From positions 248,001 to 312,000 of the forward strand of contig NIVC01001298.1 in NCBI GenBank assembly GCA_002269645.1: DNA of 64,000 nt, given 5' to 3'. The notes below the pieces were generated by a model that made no database searches, had not been told where the DNA came from, and was given only the letters and a program-made list of their open reading frames with translations. This DNA is from Macrostomum lignano (lineage: Eukaryota). Shown here one piece after another: positions 34,523 to 49,154 of the stretch; the stretch's first letter is position 1, and the number at the start of each line of letters is the position of its first letter. The position numbers and the translations under genes are program-made.

Positions 34523-35548
34523 CTACGGCACGCTGCTGAAGAAGTCTCTCATCTGCTGCTCAGTCAGCGAGGCGTTGGCGATGGCCACAGCCCGCACCAC
34601 TCCCTGCAGGAAGGCGCCGCCCTCAGCGAACCGGCGGCCAACAGACACGATGTAGCACGGGAACGAAGTCCTATCGTTCGAGCCTGAAGCTGTGCTGATA
34701 AATTCTCCGTTCAGGTAGAAGGCATGGAACGACTGGCTTGATCCGATGGAGACTCCGATGTCAATCATTGTGCTCGCGTTTGCAGAAATTGCGTTCACAT
34801 TGGAAACCATGGTCAAATGCCGGTTAGCAGTGATGCTGATCGTGCTGAAGTACATTCTTCCAATCGTATCAAACTCCCACAGGTGAGGTCCGAGTGTAGA
34901 ATAATCCGAGCAGGGCACAGCCTCCATGAAGGGCTGAATCCTCGGCTCCCTCTTGAGCCTCATCAGCCAAGTGAAGCTGGCCGACGGGTCGCTCGAGACG
35001 AAGCGGCTGTCGTTGAGCAGCGCGTACGACGATGTCCCGTCGAAGCGGGCGCCCTCCTCAGTCCACTGCAGGTTCGCGCTCTCCAGTCGGTGGCTGCCGC
35101 CGCCGCCGCTGTCGCTCTGGCACACCAGGTTGCTGAACCGGCTGCTCCCACCTGCCAGCCACACGCCCACCAGCTGAGCGTCGAGCGAGGCGTCGCAGCT
35201 CGCCAACGACAACGCGCGATACACCGAGCACTGCGACTGCTGCACTGCAGCCCCAGCTCCGATCGCGACGGCACCGCTTGCCTGCATCGTGCGACACACC
35301 TGCTGGTAGTGGAAGAGCGAGCACACACCTGTCTGCTTGTTCCACTCAAGCACCAGGTCGTCAGGCTCGCTGCTCGCTTTCAACACGCAGGCTTGCAGGC
35401 TTTGCGAGCTCCATCGAGTCAGCGCCGAGGTCTCGTCGAGGCAGTGCGGCATCCGGTACTGGCACCAGCGTCTGTGGCAGCTCACACGGGATTGCGCAAC
35501 TGCAGCGGCAGCTGCCAAAAGCAAGAAAATGAAAGCAAAGATCTGCAT
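34523..35548 (-). CDS. Secreted PAN/Apple-like + LamG protein, copy 4, 341 aa
   Basis: Signal peptide MQIFAFIFLLLAAAAAVA; same core; C-terminus ~88% identical to copy 2 (hand count); TATA-like TATAAA at ~35621-35626 on the minus strand. Confidence 0.8.
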   Translation of the reverse strand: MQIFAFIFLLLAAAAAVAQSRVSCHRRWCQYRMPHCLDETSALTRWSSQSLQACVLKASSEPDDLVLEWNKQTGVCSLFHYQQVCRTMQASGAVAIGAGAAVQQSQCSVYRALSLASCDASLDAQLVGVWLAGGSSRFSNLVCQSDSGGGGSHRLESANLQWTEEGARFDGTSSYALLNDSRFVSSDPSASFTWLMRLKREPRIQPFMEAVPCSDYSTLGPHLWEFDTIGRMYFSTISITANRHLTMVSNVNAISANASTMIDIGVSIGSSQSFHAFYLNGEFISTASGSNDRTSFPCYIVSVGRRFAEGGAFLQGVVRAVAIANASLTEQQMRDFFSSVP

Positions 35549-36334
35549 TGCTCAGCTGTGTGTCACAGAAGTGTAAGGAAGCAGGAGACGTCTGGCTGCT
35601 CTCCCCAAGTTCTATCCTACTTTATATTTGCTTATTAACGTATGGGCAGGATTCATTTTCAGATGTTGCTATGCAATCTAAGCCTTGGGGGGGTATCACC
35701 GGTGGGTTTCTGTTTCCTCTTCCGAGACAATGCAAGCGAAGCTGAAAGCGTGAAGGCTGCAAGGCAAGCCATAGAATTTGTGCTGCATCATTTTTTGTTT
35801 AGCTCCGGGCCGTGTTGCAGTCGATCATTTTCAGTATTATTCATCCATAGCGTGCGACGCATGGATAGCGTTCATGGGAGATCTGATGCATGAGAGATCT
35901 GATGCATGGGAAAGCTGATGCATGGGTGAACCTCTGGCTTCTTTATTTGCAGTATTCAATGTGCATAGAGCTAAGTGGCTGACTCAGTGTGCTGCTTTCA
36001 GTCCGCAATTGCAGCGCCTGAATGGCTGTGAAGTGGCAGTCTGGATGGCAGTATATTGAGATAAGCAAAACCCCTGGTGATCGAACCAGTGCCTGAGCTT
36101 CTATATCTGTTCCATATAATATTGTCGTATACAGAGCCTACGATACTACTTATTAGAGTAGATTGCTGAGCGAGTAATCATGATTACCCGTCGTGGAATA
36201 GATGTGGAATATTGTAGAATGCATTTTTTATATTTGATAATTATAATGAACATTTCGATAACAATATGAACCGGTTCTGACAGTATTGGTCTTCATGACA
36301 AACATATCGCTGGCGGCCCGCCCAGGGCCCACTC

Positions 36335-36448
36335 TCGGCACGCTTGCACAGATTGATGCAGTAGTGGCTGTTGGTCCTCACTCCAGCGCTCACCACCTTG
36401 GGCAGGTCGCGGGCTGCGTTGTCGATGAAGCAGCCAAGATAAGCTGAG
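36335..36448 (-). other. Exon or relic encoding the N-terminal half of a WSC domain
   Basis: Translates SAYLGCFIDNAARDLPKVVSAGVRTNSHYCINLCKR after an AG acceptor; the rest of the domain was not found. Confidence 0.5.
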
Positions 36449-37148
36449 CTTGTGGATAAAAATCATTGTCGCTGTACCAGCCTTTGCACGCCATGTTAGT
36501 TTGTCAGTTGTTGCTGATCAAATCGCAGGTAATTTTCTCCCCGATCTCGAAAGAAACTTAAGAGCAAAGATTTGGCCCAGAAGCAGACACCTTATTTATA
36601 AAGTATCAATATTCTATAGACACGTGGACGTAAATCTCATTGTAGGATTTAGAGCCAGCTGCAATAGCCAGCCTTTGCACGTCATTTTAGTTTAACTGTT
36701 GTTGCCAATCGAACTAATTTTTGCGCTCTCGTGCTTTTGCGTTTGACGCAGTCTTCAGCATGCAGGAATAATTAGATAGTAATGCTCACCGAAAAAGTTG
36801 GATATCGCAGAAATTAATCTAATCGGTCTATTTTGAAAGTTTTCGCCTTGATATAGCCGTAATATTTTCAGAATCTTACGTTCACTGGCTTAATTTACTC
36901 AACATTTTTACCTCCATTAGCGTGCCAAAACCGTTTCAATATTTCACTATCTGCTGTGTGTGGGCTCAATCAGTGCTATCGATATGTGAGCCACCACAGT
37001 ACTTTTATTTGTACAAAGTATAAGCTCTGCAGAGCGAAATAAAAAGTAATTCGTTTAGCAAGACACTGGGCTTGAGCGCTGAAAATATACAAGCAGAAGG
37101 CTCGACCGCGTTACATTCATGACTCCGTCCCCCTAGTGCTACGTAACA

Positions 37149-37840
37149 GTGGCGTCACAAGCACTGGTTACAAACAGTTACAGGGACAATGTCAAAGTCG
37201 CCAACAAAATCTCCAAGCCATCGCGCTGTCCTGGTGACCGGAAACGGCACAAAGTCACCGAGCAAGATCACGAGGCTGTCCAAAGTCAAGGCGTTCTCCA
37301 TACATCAGGGTTGAACGAGATTGAGCGGCTAGAAGAGAGCAGCAATATCTCGACCACTGGATGGATCGCTTTGATATCGCTGCACAGTGTTTTAGCTGGA
37401 CTGACGCTAACAAGGCACGTGTACTGCTCTTGAGGATCTCTCCCCAGCTGTATGACAAGCTGGCCGATCATTTGGAACCGGAAAAACCTGGCAAGAAATC
37501 CTTTGCTCAGCTGAAAGAAGCACCGGAAGAAATCCTGCAGCCAAAGACATACGTATTGGCTGAAGGGTTCAACTTTCAAAATATCAGACGCGAAGCAACA
37601 GAGCAAGTTCGTGCCTTTTCCGAAAGACTGCTAAAGGGAGCGGAGAAGTGCGAGTTTTCAAACAAAGACGAGCGGTTAAGAGATCACTTCATATGTGGTC
37701 TGAACAGCCAAGCAATTATCGGCAAGCTGATTATCAAGAACCATAAAGAACTGACGTTCAAGCAAGCTTTGCGTGAAGCCGAAGTACACGCAAGCCTACT
37801 GGAGACACCAAAAAATAATGAAGGCCGCACCAAGGACTGA
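37149..37840 (+). mobile_element. Gypsy-type LTR retrotransposon remnant: LTR end ...CGTAACA (37148), PBS-like GTGGCGTC, gag fragment 37361-37840
   Basis: ORF motifs FSERLLKGAEKCEF and RLRDHFICGLNS...LTFKQAL are typical of Gypsy gag; no pol follows. Confidence 0.75.
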
Positions 37841-39232
37841 TTCGGGTACAATCCGTAAGGTAAAGCCATAAATTTTTTTCCAATGAGAGATGCTCCCGAT
37901 GCCATCTCATGAAACTGTCTGAAGCCGACGGACCCCTTGGATCTCCGATCTCCGACTTCTGATTGCAACTGGCTATGGCTGCAGCGCCTCTCACCTTCGC
38001 GTCTTAATTCTAATGTCTACATTTATTAACGCAGTGTAGTATTATTTAGTGCTAGCAATCGGCGCCCCCCGTTGGGGAGGCAACAGAAAATGAGATAAAA
38101 TTTTCAAATAAACGACATGTACTGGTAGCTTCTGACCTCTCAGCCTTGAAATCTCAGAAATTCTTAACAATAGTCACAGCATTATATTCGTAGCGATTCC
38201 CCCCGAGCTTTGACATCTCAGAGTTATTCCCCAGTGAATCTTAATTATGTTTGACATGACGCTTCTTTTATTGTTTAAATAACGCTTCTTTTATGTTTGA
38301 CATGACGCTTCTTTTATTGTTTAAATAACGCTTCTTTTATGTTTGACATGACGCTTTTTTGTGTTTGACAAGATTTTTCTTTTTTATTGACTTTCTAGTT
38401 TTTATCTTTAACAATTATTTAATAAGAGTATATATACACTTAAAAATTGAACTCCCGTAGCTGCTTTATCAGTTCAAGTCTTTTCACATCTAAGCTCTCG
38501 GCATGAATCATCGTAGCATTTTTAATTCAAAACTCACATTAAGTTGGCTTAGTTACTCGATCCTAATTGTTGTCACATGAAGTATTTATGACGTAAAAGG
38601 TTTTTTTTGGTCAGTCAGTATCAGTCTCCATTAATTGGTCAACAATTTGGTTACGCAACCAAGTCTGGTGCTATTTGCTTCCACACTTTATTTTCAATAC
38701 TGTGACTCAATTTAGTTGGACTCCCACTTCAGCCAGTAAACTGACGATAAACAAAATTAAAAGCCTGCAATGTGATGCAATCTTTATGAGAGTTAGAATT
38801 CAATCAGTCAGTTTTTTCGATGAAATAATTATGCTGGAGGCGCCTCAGTGCAGTCTTCACAAGCCTCTAAATTTCCTCAGCATGTCGAGCACATGTACCT
38901 ACATCAGCTCACCCAGGCGGTGCTTCTGGACCTTCAACAGATAAAAGCAGGTGAATATGAAGACCCTGTTGCGAATTTATCTAACGTAGCTGGCCAAAGC
39001 TCAACTGCTGGAAATCTTCAGCTGGTCTCTCTTTATATAATAAATACTCCTAAAAATATAAGTATTTTAATCGGCTGGTTTTTTGTTTGTTAAACTATAA
39101 AATTAAACCCATTTTTTGCAGAGTGTCTTGTCTTGAAAAATATAAAAATCTTATCGAGTTCACTTTTCATAGAACTGAAAATCAAGTAGGAGCACTAATT
39201 ACGATCAAAGATCATATATAAACCATGGAGGG

Positions 39233-41679
<2,447 letters not shown>

Positions 41680-42879
41680 TAAACCATGGAGGGAAGATTT
41701 CGGCTAGCGAAAGAGTTCATGATGTCTTTCACGCACGAGTGAACGTGAAGGAATCCCATTGTCGGATTATTCATCGTGCAGGAATGCACAAAACCGTGCA
41801 GGAATGCATTTCTGCGCCTAATGCTTTTTCAGGGAGATTTTACCATAGACATCCATTCCTGCACGCAAAGGAGTGCAATAATGCCATTCCTGCATGGAAA
41901 ATCAGCCGACAATGATATTTCTACGCTTAAAATCAGCCGTCGGTTTTAAAGCATCCTTATACGGGGCATCATTAAAAGCATTCCATCTTATTCAGCATTC
42001 CAGCAAAGAGACTACACCTTTACTTGCATCGCCGCTCCGTTTGAATCTCCAATTAATGGCGTTGCATATAGAAAAATGTTGAAAAAGTAATTTAAATTGT
42101 ATCTATGCTATTTATAGTAACTCTCGTTAGATTCCCCAAGTCTTAGAACTTTCTAGAAAGATACTGTATAAGTTTGTCTATGCCTAAAACTAAAGTGATT
42201 AAATCAGCCTCTGGCACCATCTTCTCTTAACTTTCCCCTTTTGCTCGTTGACTAAGAAATATACTCGATCAGCTACACTACTGCGTTTGAAAAGCCAACA
42301 AAAAAGACAAGAATCCGAAAGTTGCAAAGATTCATTGTAGTGAGTTGACTGCATGGGCATTGTATTTGCCAAAATGGGCTTAGCTAGGTCTCCAAAAGTC
42401 TATGCATTTTATGGTAGTTTCTTTAATTGGCATCCATCCAGATCTACATGCAACTGCTCTCTGAATCTCTTGAGTATGCTTTAGTCTTTGAATGGAAGCC
42501 AACCTTGTTAGTTAATGCGGATGAGCTGGTGAGGCCCTAGAGACATTTAACAACACGTTCTAAACTAGTGAAGGCATCTTCACCTGTCATGCGGTCTAAA
42601 AAGTCTGTCGTTAGTTTGCTTGATTTGCTCGATTGAGGGATCGGAATCCCTCAACCAAGGGCTCGTCATTGACAAAAGGGGCGCGGAGCCGAGGGAGGGA
42701 TGATGATGAGGATGTTTTTTAGAATTCTTGCTTAGCAACGCATCGACTCAAGCAGCATGCAGTTTTCAACTAATTAGCGCCGCTGTAGCAGGCTTTCTGT
42801 TGCAAATAAGAAGGCCAACTCAAGTCAACCCAGAAATAGAAAGTCTTCACGCGTGCTTTTGGTAGCTTTCTTCTGCAAC

Positions 42880-44042
42880 ATGTCTGCTTTTCCTATTGCT
42901 GCTGCAGTTCTCTTGAACTGCGTGTCTCCGATTCTGACTGCCACCAGGTCACAGTCGGGTAGGTCTATTGTAAAATTTGCTTGCTGAAAGCCTACTTGAT
43001 GCGTGAAAAATTGGAAGACAATTTGTTTTCATATTTCAGTGCTCTCGGCTGCCGAGGCTTCGCCAACCATAGCTGCTTCGATGACGTCAGAGCCTGGTCG
43101 AAGCGTTGCCGACTGCGCGATGAAATGCGAGCCCCCGCATATGCAATACTGCTCCGCCTTTGCCTTTGTCCCAGAGAGTAAGCTCTGCCTGCTCACGGAG
43201 GCGCAGAATGCCGACTTCGCATCCGTCGCTCCTAGCGGCTTGGTTTATCGAAAGAGCATCGATAGCGATAGTGAGTTGTGAGAAATTTAATGTGATTTCA
43301 AACAACTACTCGAATAAACTGTGGCTTGTATTAATTAAAAGGCATAAAAAATTACACTGAACATATTTACATCCAGCATCAAATTTTGCGACTATTTCAG
43401 AAAAGCTGGTTGTGATTGACGGCAAGAAATTCCAAGTGATCCAGCACAAATCGAAGGGCGAGCTCAGCTTTGCCAGGGGATGGACTCAGTATGAGGACGG
43501 ATTTGGAGATGAGACAGACTTCTGGATCGGTGAGCAGAGTTAATTATTTTAATGAGATGCTATGTACGGAAGAACGGTATACGGCAGTAACAAAAGCAAC
43601 TGTAATTTTAGGTCTTCGCACAATCCACGAGCTGACTGGTAGCTCACCGAAGCTTCTACGAGTTGAGGCGGTCACCTGGTCGGATGAGCTCTACGTCAGC
43701 GAGTACTCCGGCTTCTCTGTAGCCGATGCCAGCACAGACTACAGAATGACCTACACTTCGTACCTGAGTGACAGCTCCAACACGACTGGCGATTCGTTTA
43801 CCAATATGAAAGGAATGCAGTTCTCCACTATGGACCGCGACAACGATATGAGCTCTTCTGGCTTTTGTTCCAATGGCCGCGGAAACTCAGGCTGGTGGTT
43901 CAATCACTGCGGAAATTACAATCCGAACGGGGTCTATCAAAACTCTGCGGTGGTTCATCCTTCAACCATGCACTGGGGTGGCACCGCAGCCCAGCATAGT
44001 ACTGCGCTGAAGAGCATTCGGATGATGATCCACCTGGCTTAA
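42880..44042 (+). CDS. Secreted PAN/Apple + fibrinogen C-terminal domain protein (FReD), 289 aa; exons 42880-42958, 43040-43270, 43401-43529, 43612-44042
   Basis: Signal peptide; PAN pattern SVADCAMKC...CSAFAF...LCLL; FBG motifs VIQH...FARGWTQYEDGFG...FWIGL, FSTMDRDND, GWWFNHC...NPNG; three phase-1 GT-AG introns. Confidence 0.9.
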
Positions 44043-46029
44043 TGTCGCGTAGCTGGAGACAATTGTTAACTAAAAATGAGTGTACTTTCTGTGTGGTAGT
44101 TCGTTTACGTCTTGTCAGTGAACTACTCAATGCTAGGGACGGGAAAAAAATTAAAGGCCGATCTATTAATGACTTAATAATTAAAAACCTAATCCAAGTC
44201 ATGGCTTTGGATGACTAAGTATTGAGTAGTTTCTTTCTACAATATTTTAGAATCCCAGATATAATGTACTCGTACTAACTACTATTATATCCAATTCCTA
44301 AAAACGCATTGTCACGTTATTGGCGTAGCGGCCAGCTATGCGGTGACCCTTAAAAGGGCCGTTTTAGTCCCAAAATAAGTTGAAGTCAATTCTTGTAAAG
44401 CGGATTTTGTAGCGGAGCACTTGGCGATAAAGGCAGGAACTGCCGTAGTTGTCTTTATTGTTAATATCAGTATTAAGTTTGATTGTTACTGGCAATAAAC
44501 AGACTATAGCTTTCTGGGCACTGGCGGCTGCAGCAATGGGTTGAATATAATTTGGATATGAAGTCAAGTGGCAGGCGAATGACACAATGGCGACGTGACG
44601 TGAGCAGTGGCTATGAGCACAGTGAAGGCGTAGTGAAACGTAGTGGTGAGTTGGCGTCGGTCGTGGCGTGAAACAGTCAAGTAAGTGTGTGAGCAGGCTG
44701 GCCCAGACAGAAGGGCCGTGGTGAGAAATAAGGAGGCTCGAGGCAGCCAGACAAACAGATAAGACAGCTAAGAGGCCGCAGGGAAGGAAACAAGGGACAG
44801 GCGGGGAGAGACGAAAAAGCGTGAGGGGTGCCCGCCGCCAGGCGGGGGGTTTAATAAAAGAGCGCAGAGGGGGTAGCGCGAGCACGAGTGACTTCATTGG
44901 CTGGCGAGAGAACTTAAAATTATCGATCGTGCCAATTTTATACGGTTGCGAGAGAGGATAGCAAAGTATACAATGAATTATAAATTGCCACAAAATCGTT
45001 GGGCACTACTACAAGTAAACGTCGCAATAAACGAATGGAAAAGTTTAGTTGAAACGGTGAAACTGAAGGGTTGAATGACTATGGAGAACAGCAGTCCAAC
45101 GGCCCTTTTCGGGACCACCTTAAACTGACAACGTCACAGCATGTAAAACCGATCTCTCGATAATACTAAACCAATTCAAAACCCTAAACTCAAACATATT
45201 GATTTTCTGTTGTCGGTTTGTAGATCACGACGTAATATAAAATATGTCTCACAGTTTGAAAGAAACAAAAAATATATATTGAACATTTATTAAAGATCAT
45301 AGTTCACTTTCTTTTGACGATCTATTAATCACTGAGTCCGAGTCTTTTACGCATCCAGTAATTGGGCCAACTTTGATTTAAAATCCTTTACCTATCGCTT
45401 TTGATGCCAAATAGTCAAAGAAAGTGATCCTCAGACATATTTTATATTTTATAACCACTGGTAGTCTATGATTTATGACCATCGAAGCTGTGTAACTTTT
45501 TTTGGCTCAAAAAATGTAGGATTTTGACATTCCTAGTTTGCCCCTTACCAGTAAAGTTGTTACCTTCCATTATGATTTATTGGCACTGAGCTGTTCTATA
45601 GACACCTGGACGTCACAGGGCGTCTGGAAAGAGTCACTTGGCTTGTTTTCCAAAACAAAATGGATCTATCTGAAAGCTGTACCAGCCCCCCATCATCAGC
45701 GAGATAATCCAGCTGGGGCATACTGCATTTTGAGTATCCAAAATCATGGAGTGTTTCGTTGTATAACTCTTAGTAGTCTAGTAGACTGGTCCTTTGGAAA
45801 TGTCGCAGAAATCATGCACCCTCTACGTACTCGACGTACTCGATGTTGAAGGACGTCGTTATAGCATAGCAACTATACGCTGCTGACGGATAAACAACGT
45901 TGTGCCTATATCAATCAGTCAGTTTCTGAAAACATACAAACCCATCCAACAGGCATGCACTTTTAGTGCTGTCTCATTACGGCGGCAAAGCGGCAGGAAT
46001 AAGTCATTAGACTTACTGTGTTGTCTTGC

Positions 46030-46480
46030 ATATGAACCGATTCTGATATTGTTGGTCTCCATGACAACCATATATGAACCGGTTCTGACAGTGTTGGTCT
46101 CCATGACAACCATATGAACCGGTTCTGACATTGTTGGTCTCCATGACAACCATATGAACCGGTTCTGATAGTGTTGGTCTCTATGACAACCATATGAACC
46201 GGTTCTGACATTGTTGGTCTCCATGACAACCATATGAACCTGTTCTGATAGTGTTGGTCTCCATGACAACCATATGAACCGGTTCTGACATTGTTGGTCT
46301 CCATGACAACCATATGAACCGGTTCTGATAGTGTTGGTCTCCATGACAACCATATGAACCGGTTCTGATAGTGTTGGTCTCCATGACAACCATATGAACC
46401 TGTTCTGATAGTGTTGGTCTCCATGACAACCATATATGAACCGGTTCTGACATTGTTGGTCTCCATGACAACCATATGTA
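46030..46480. repeat. 40-bp minisatellite (CATATGAACCGGTTCTGACAGTGTTGGTCTCCATGACAAC), left part
   Basis: Direct tandem repetition. Confidence 0.95.
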
Positions 46481-47519
46481 TGTAGTGAGTCGCTAGTCAG
46501 CAGCTTCCCTCGCCCTCGCCATGAGCTTCTATCTGCCGCTGAGCAGTTGCTGGGGTGGTCCGCCTTTCTGTCCTTTTGCCCCCATTCTGTCCTCGTTTGC
46601 CCCCATTCTGTCCTCGTTTGCCCCCATTCTGTCCTCGTTTGCCCCCATTCTGTCCTCGTTTGCCCCCATTCTGTCCTCGTTTGCCCCCATTCTGTCCTCG
46701 TTTGCCCCCTTGTCTCGTGCTCTCGTTTGCAGTGTCCAGACTCCAGACTGCTTGGTCTGTCTTGCCTCCGTTTTAGTTTTCGGTTTGGCCCTTCCTTTTT
46801 GGCTCCGTTTTCAGGTCTCAAGGTCACTGGTGGCTTCACCACATGTACAGTGTAGTGGGCCTTCTCCGGCCCCTCCTCAGCCTGGGCCGCCTCAGTCCAA
46901 ATATTTCATCATTGTACGCTGCGTACGTGTTTGTGGGGGAAATCACGTGCACCGAGAGCCTTGTCTCCTCTGAGACAAACCCGTGCGCCCGTTGCTAAAA
47001 ATAGCAACAAATCCATCGATTGCGCGCAACGGGGGGTCTTGTTATTTATGGTGCGAGATTTCCACCCTATATATGCAGCCCCCCCCTCCCGCCAAATCTC
47101 CCGGGTCCTCAGCCCTCTGAAGTTTTCTAAGTCCAAGTGTGTTAGTGTCACTGCTGATCCTATTGTGACTGCTATCTGCCAACAACACTGCTAAGCCCAT
47201 CAGGAACTAGCACCATCCTTCCTACCCGGAACTAGCCCGGCAGGAACTGCTGACGTCGGACGCTTACGATCGAGAACTGTCAAAATCTGCACGAAGTGCC
47301 AGTCTCTCTCTCCTTTATTTGCTTCTACGAGATCACAGATCAGCGCCTCACCGAAAGCTGCGACTCCAAGAATCTGGTGGCAGCACTACCTACACTACGA
47401 AGACCGGTTTCTAAGAGAGAGGGCCTGAGGACCCTAAGCTAGAAGCCTGTACAACATTGGTGGCAGCGGCCGGAGCCCGAGACTGCCCGATCAACAACCC
47501 GAGAACCACAGGTACTTCA
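46481..47519 (+). mobile_element. Solo LTR-like insertion (~1.04 kb) with internal 21-bp repeats (46581-46706)
   Basis: Ends TGTAGT...ACTTCA (TG..CA, 5/6 inverted); imperfect 6-bp TSD TATGTA/TATGTG; splits the 40-bp satellite. Confidence 0.6.
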
Positions 47520-48760
47520 TATGTGAACCGGTTCTGACAGTGTTGGTCTCCATGACAACCATATGAACCAGTTCTGACAGTGTTGGTCTTCATACGACAA
47601 CCATATGAACCAGTTCTGACAGTGTTGGTCTTCATATGACAACCGTATGAACCAGTTCTGACAGTGTTGGTCTTCATATGACAACCGTATGAACCAGTTC
47701 TGACAGTGTTGGTCTTCATATGACAACCGTATGAACCAGTTCTGACAGTGTTGGTCTTCATATGAGAACCGTATGAACCAGTTCTGACAGTGTTGGTCTT
47801 CATATGACAACCGTATGAACCAGTTCTGACAGTGTTGGTCTTCATACGACAACCATATGAACCAGTTCTGACAGTGTTGGTCTTCATTTGACAACCGTAT
47901 GAACCAGTTCTGACAATGTTGGTCTTCATATGACAACCATATGAACCAGTTCTGACAATGTTGGTCTTCATGACAACCATATGAACCAGTTCTGACAATG
48001 TTGGTCTTTATATGACAACCATATGAACCAGTTCTGACAGTGTTGGTCTCCATGACAACCATATGAACCAGTTCTGATAGTGTTGGTCTCCATGACAACC
48101 ATATGAACCAGTTCTGATAGTGTTGGTCTCCATGACAACCATATGAACCAGTTCTGATAGTGTTGGTCTCCATGACAACCATATGAACCAGTTTTGATAG
48201 TGTTGGTCTCCATGACAACCATATGAACCAGTTTTGATAGTGTTGGTCTCCATGACAACCATATGAACCAGTTCTGATAGTGTTGGTCTCCATGACAACC
48301 ATATGAACCAGTTCTGATAGTGTTGGTCTCTATGACAACCATATGAACCGGTTCTGACAGTGCTGGTCTCCATGACAACCATATGAACCGGTTCTGACAG
48401 TGCTGGTCTCCATGACAACCATATGAACCGATTCTGATAGTGTTGGTCTCTATGACAACCATATGAACCGGTTCTGACAGTGCTGGTCTCCATGACAACC
48501 ATTTGAACCGGTTCTGACAGTGCTGGTCTCCATGACAACCATATGAACCGATTCTGGTAGTGCTGGTGTTCATGACAACCATATGAACCTGTTCTGGTAG
48601 TGCTGGTGTTCATGACAACCATATGAACCTGTTCTGGTAGTGCTGGTCTCCATGGCAACCATCTGAACCAGTTCTGACAGTGTTGGTCTCCATGACAACC
48701 ATATGAACCGATTCTGGTAGTGCTGGTGTTCATGACAACCATATGAACCTGTTCTGACAG
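47520..48760. repeat. 40/42-bp minisatellite, right part
   Basis: Same unit as 46030-46480, with a block of 42-bp variants. Confidence 0.95.
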
Positions 48761-49154
48761 TTTTAAATCATTAATCTTAATTTCGGTTGCTTGCAAAATT
48801 GTTTTACACAATTCAACGGCATACCAAGACAGAAAGACCAGGCAGCATTACTCACTATTCTAAGATTTGCCAAACGAAATGCACGGCAACTTACAAGAGA
48901 GATAGGAGAGAAAGAGCGAAGAGTGACAGACCTAAGAGACGAGAGCTCAGTTTAATAGCATGTAGAGAGATTTTGTATGCACGAATGAAGCCTAGAATAG
49001 CACGTGACATACTAAATTTAAGAAGGTGCACAACTGAAAATCTGTCTGTGTTTACATTGTCGCTCCATTACAGAGTCTTCAAGGTCGCTCATATTGCACA
49101 TACCAGTTGTTACTCTGTTGGCAAAATAACTTCAAGCTTCACGAACTGTAAGAG

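Noticed and set aside
38675-39093. Short ORFs and a possible exon ending at GCAG|GTGAAT
   Set aside because: No recognisable domain and no partner exons found
44342-45119. Inverted repeats GGTG..CCC..AAAAGGGCCGTT suggesting a MITE
   Set aside because: Left end degenerate and no TSD; not enough to classify
46030-48760. CRISPR-like appearance of the 40-bp arrays and of 56622-57635
   Set aside because: No unique spacers, no cas genes, and a eukaryotic intron-rich context
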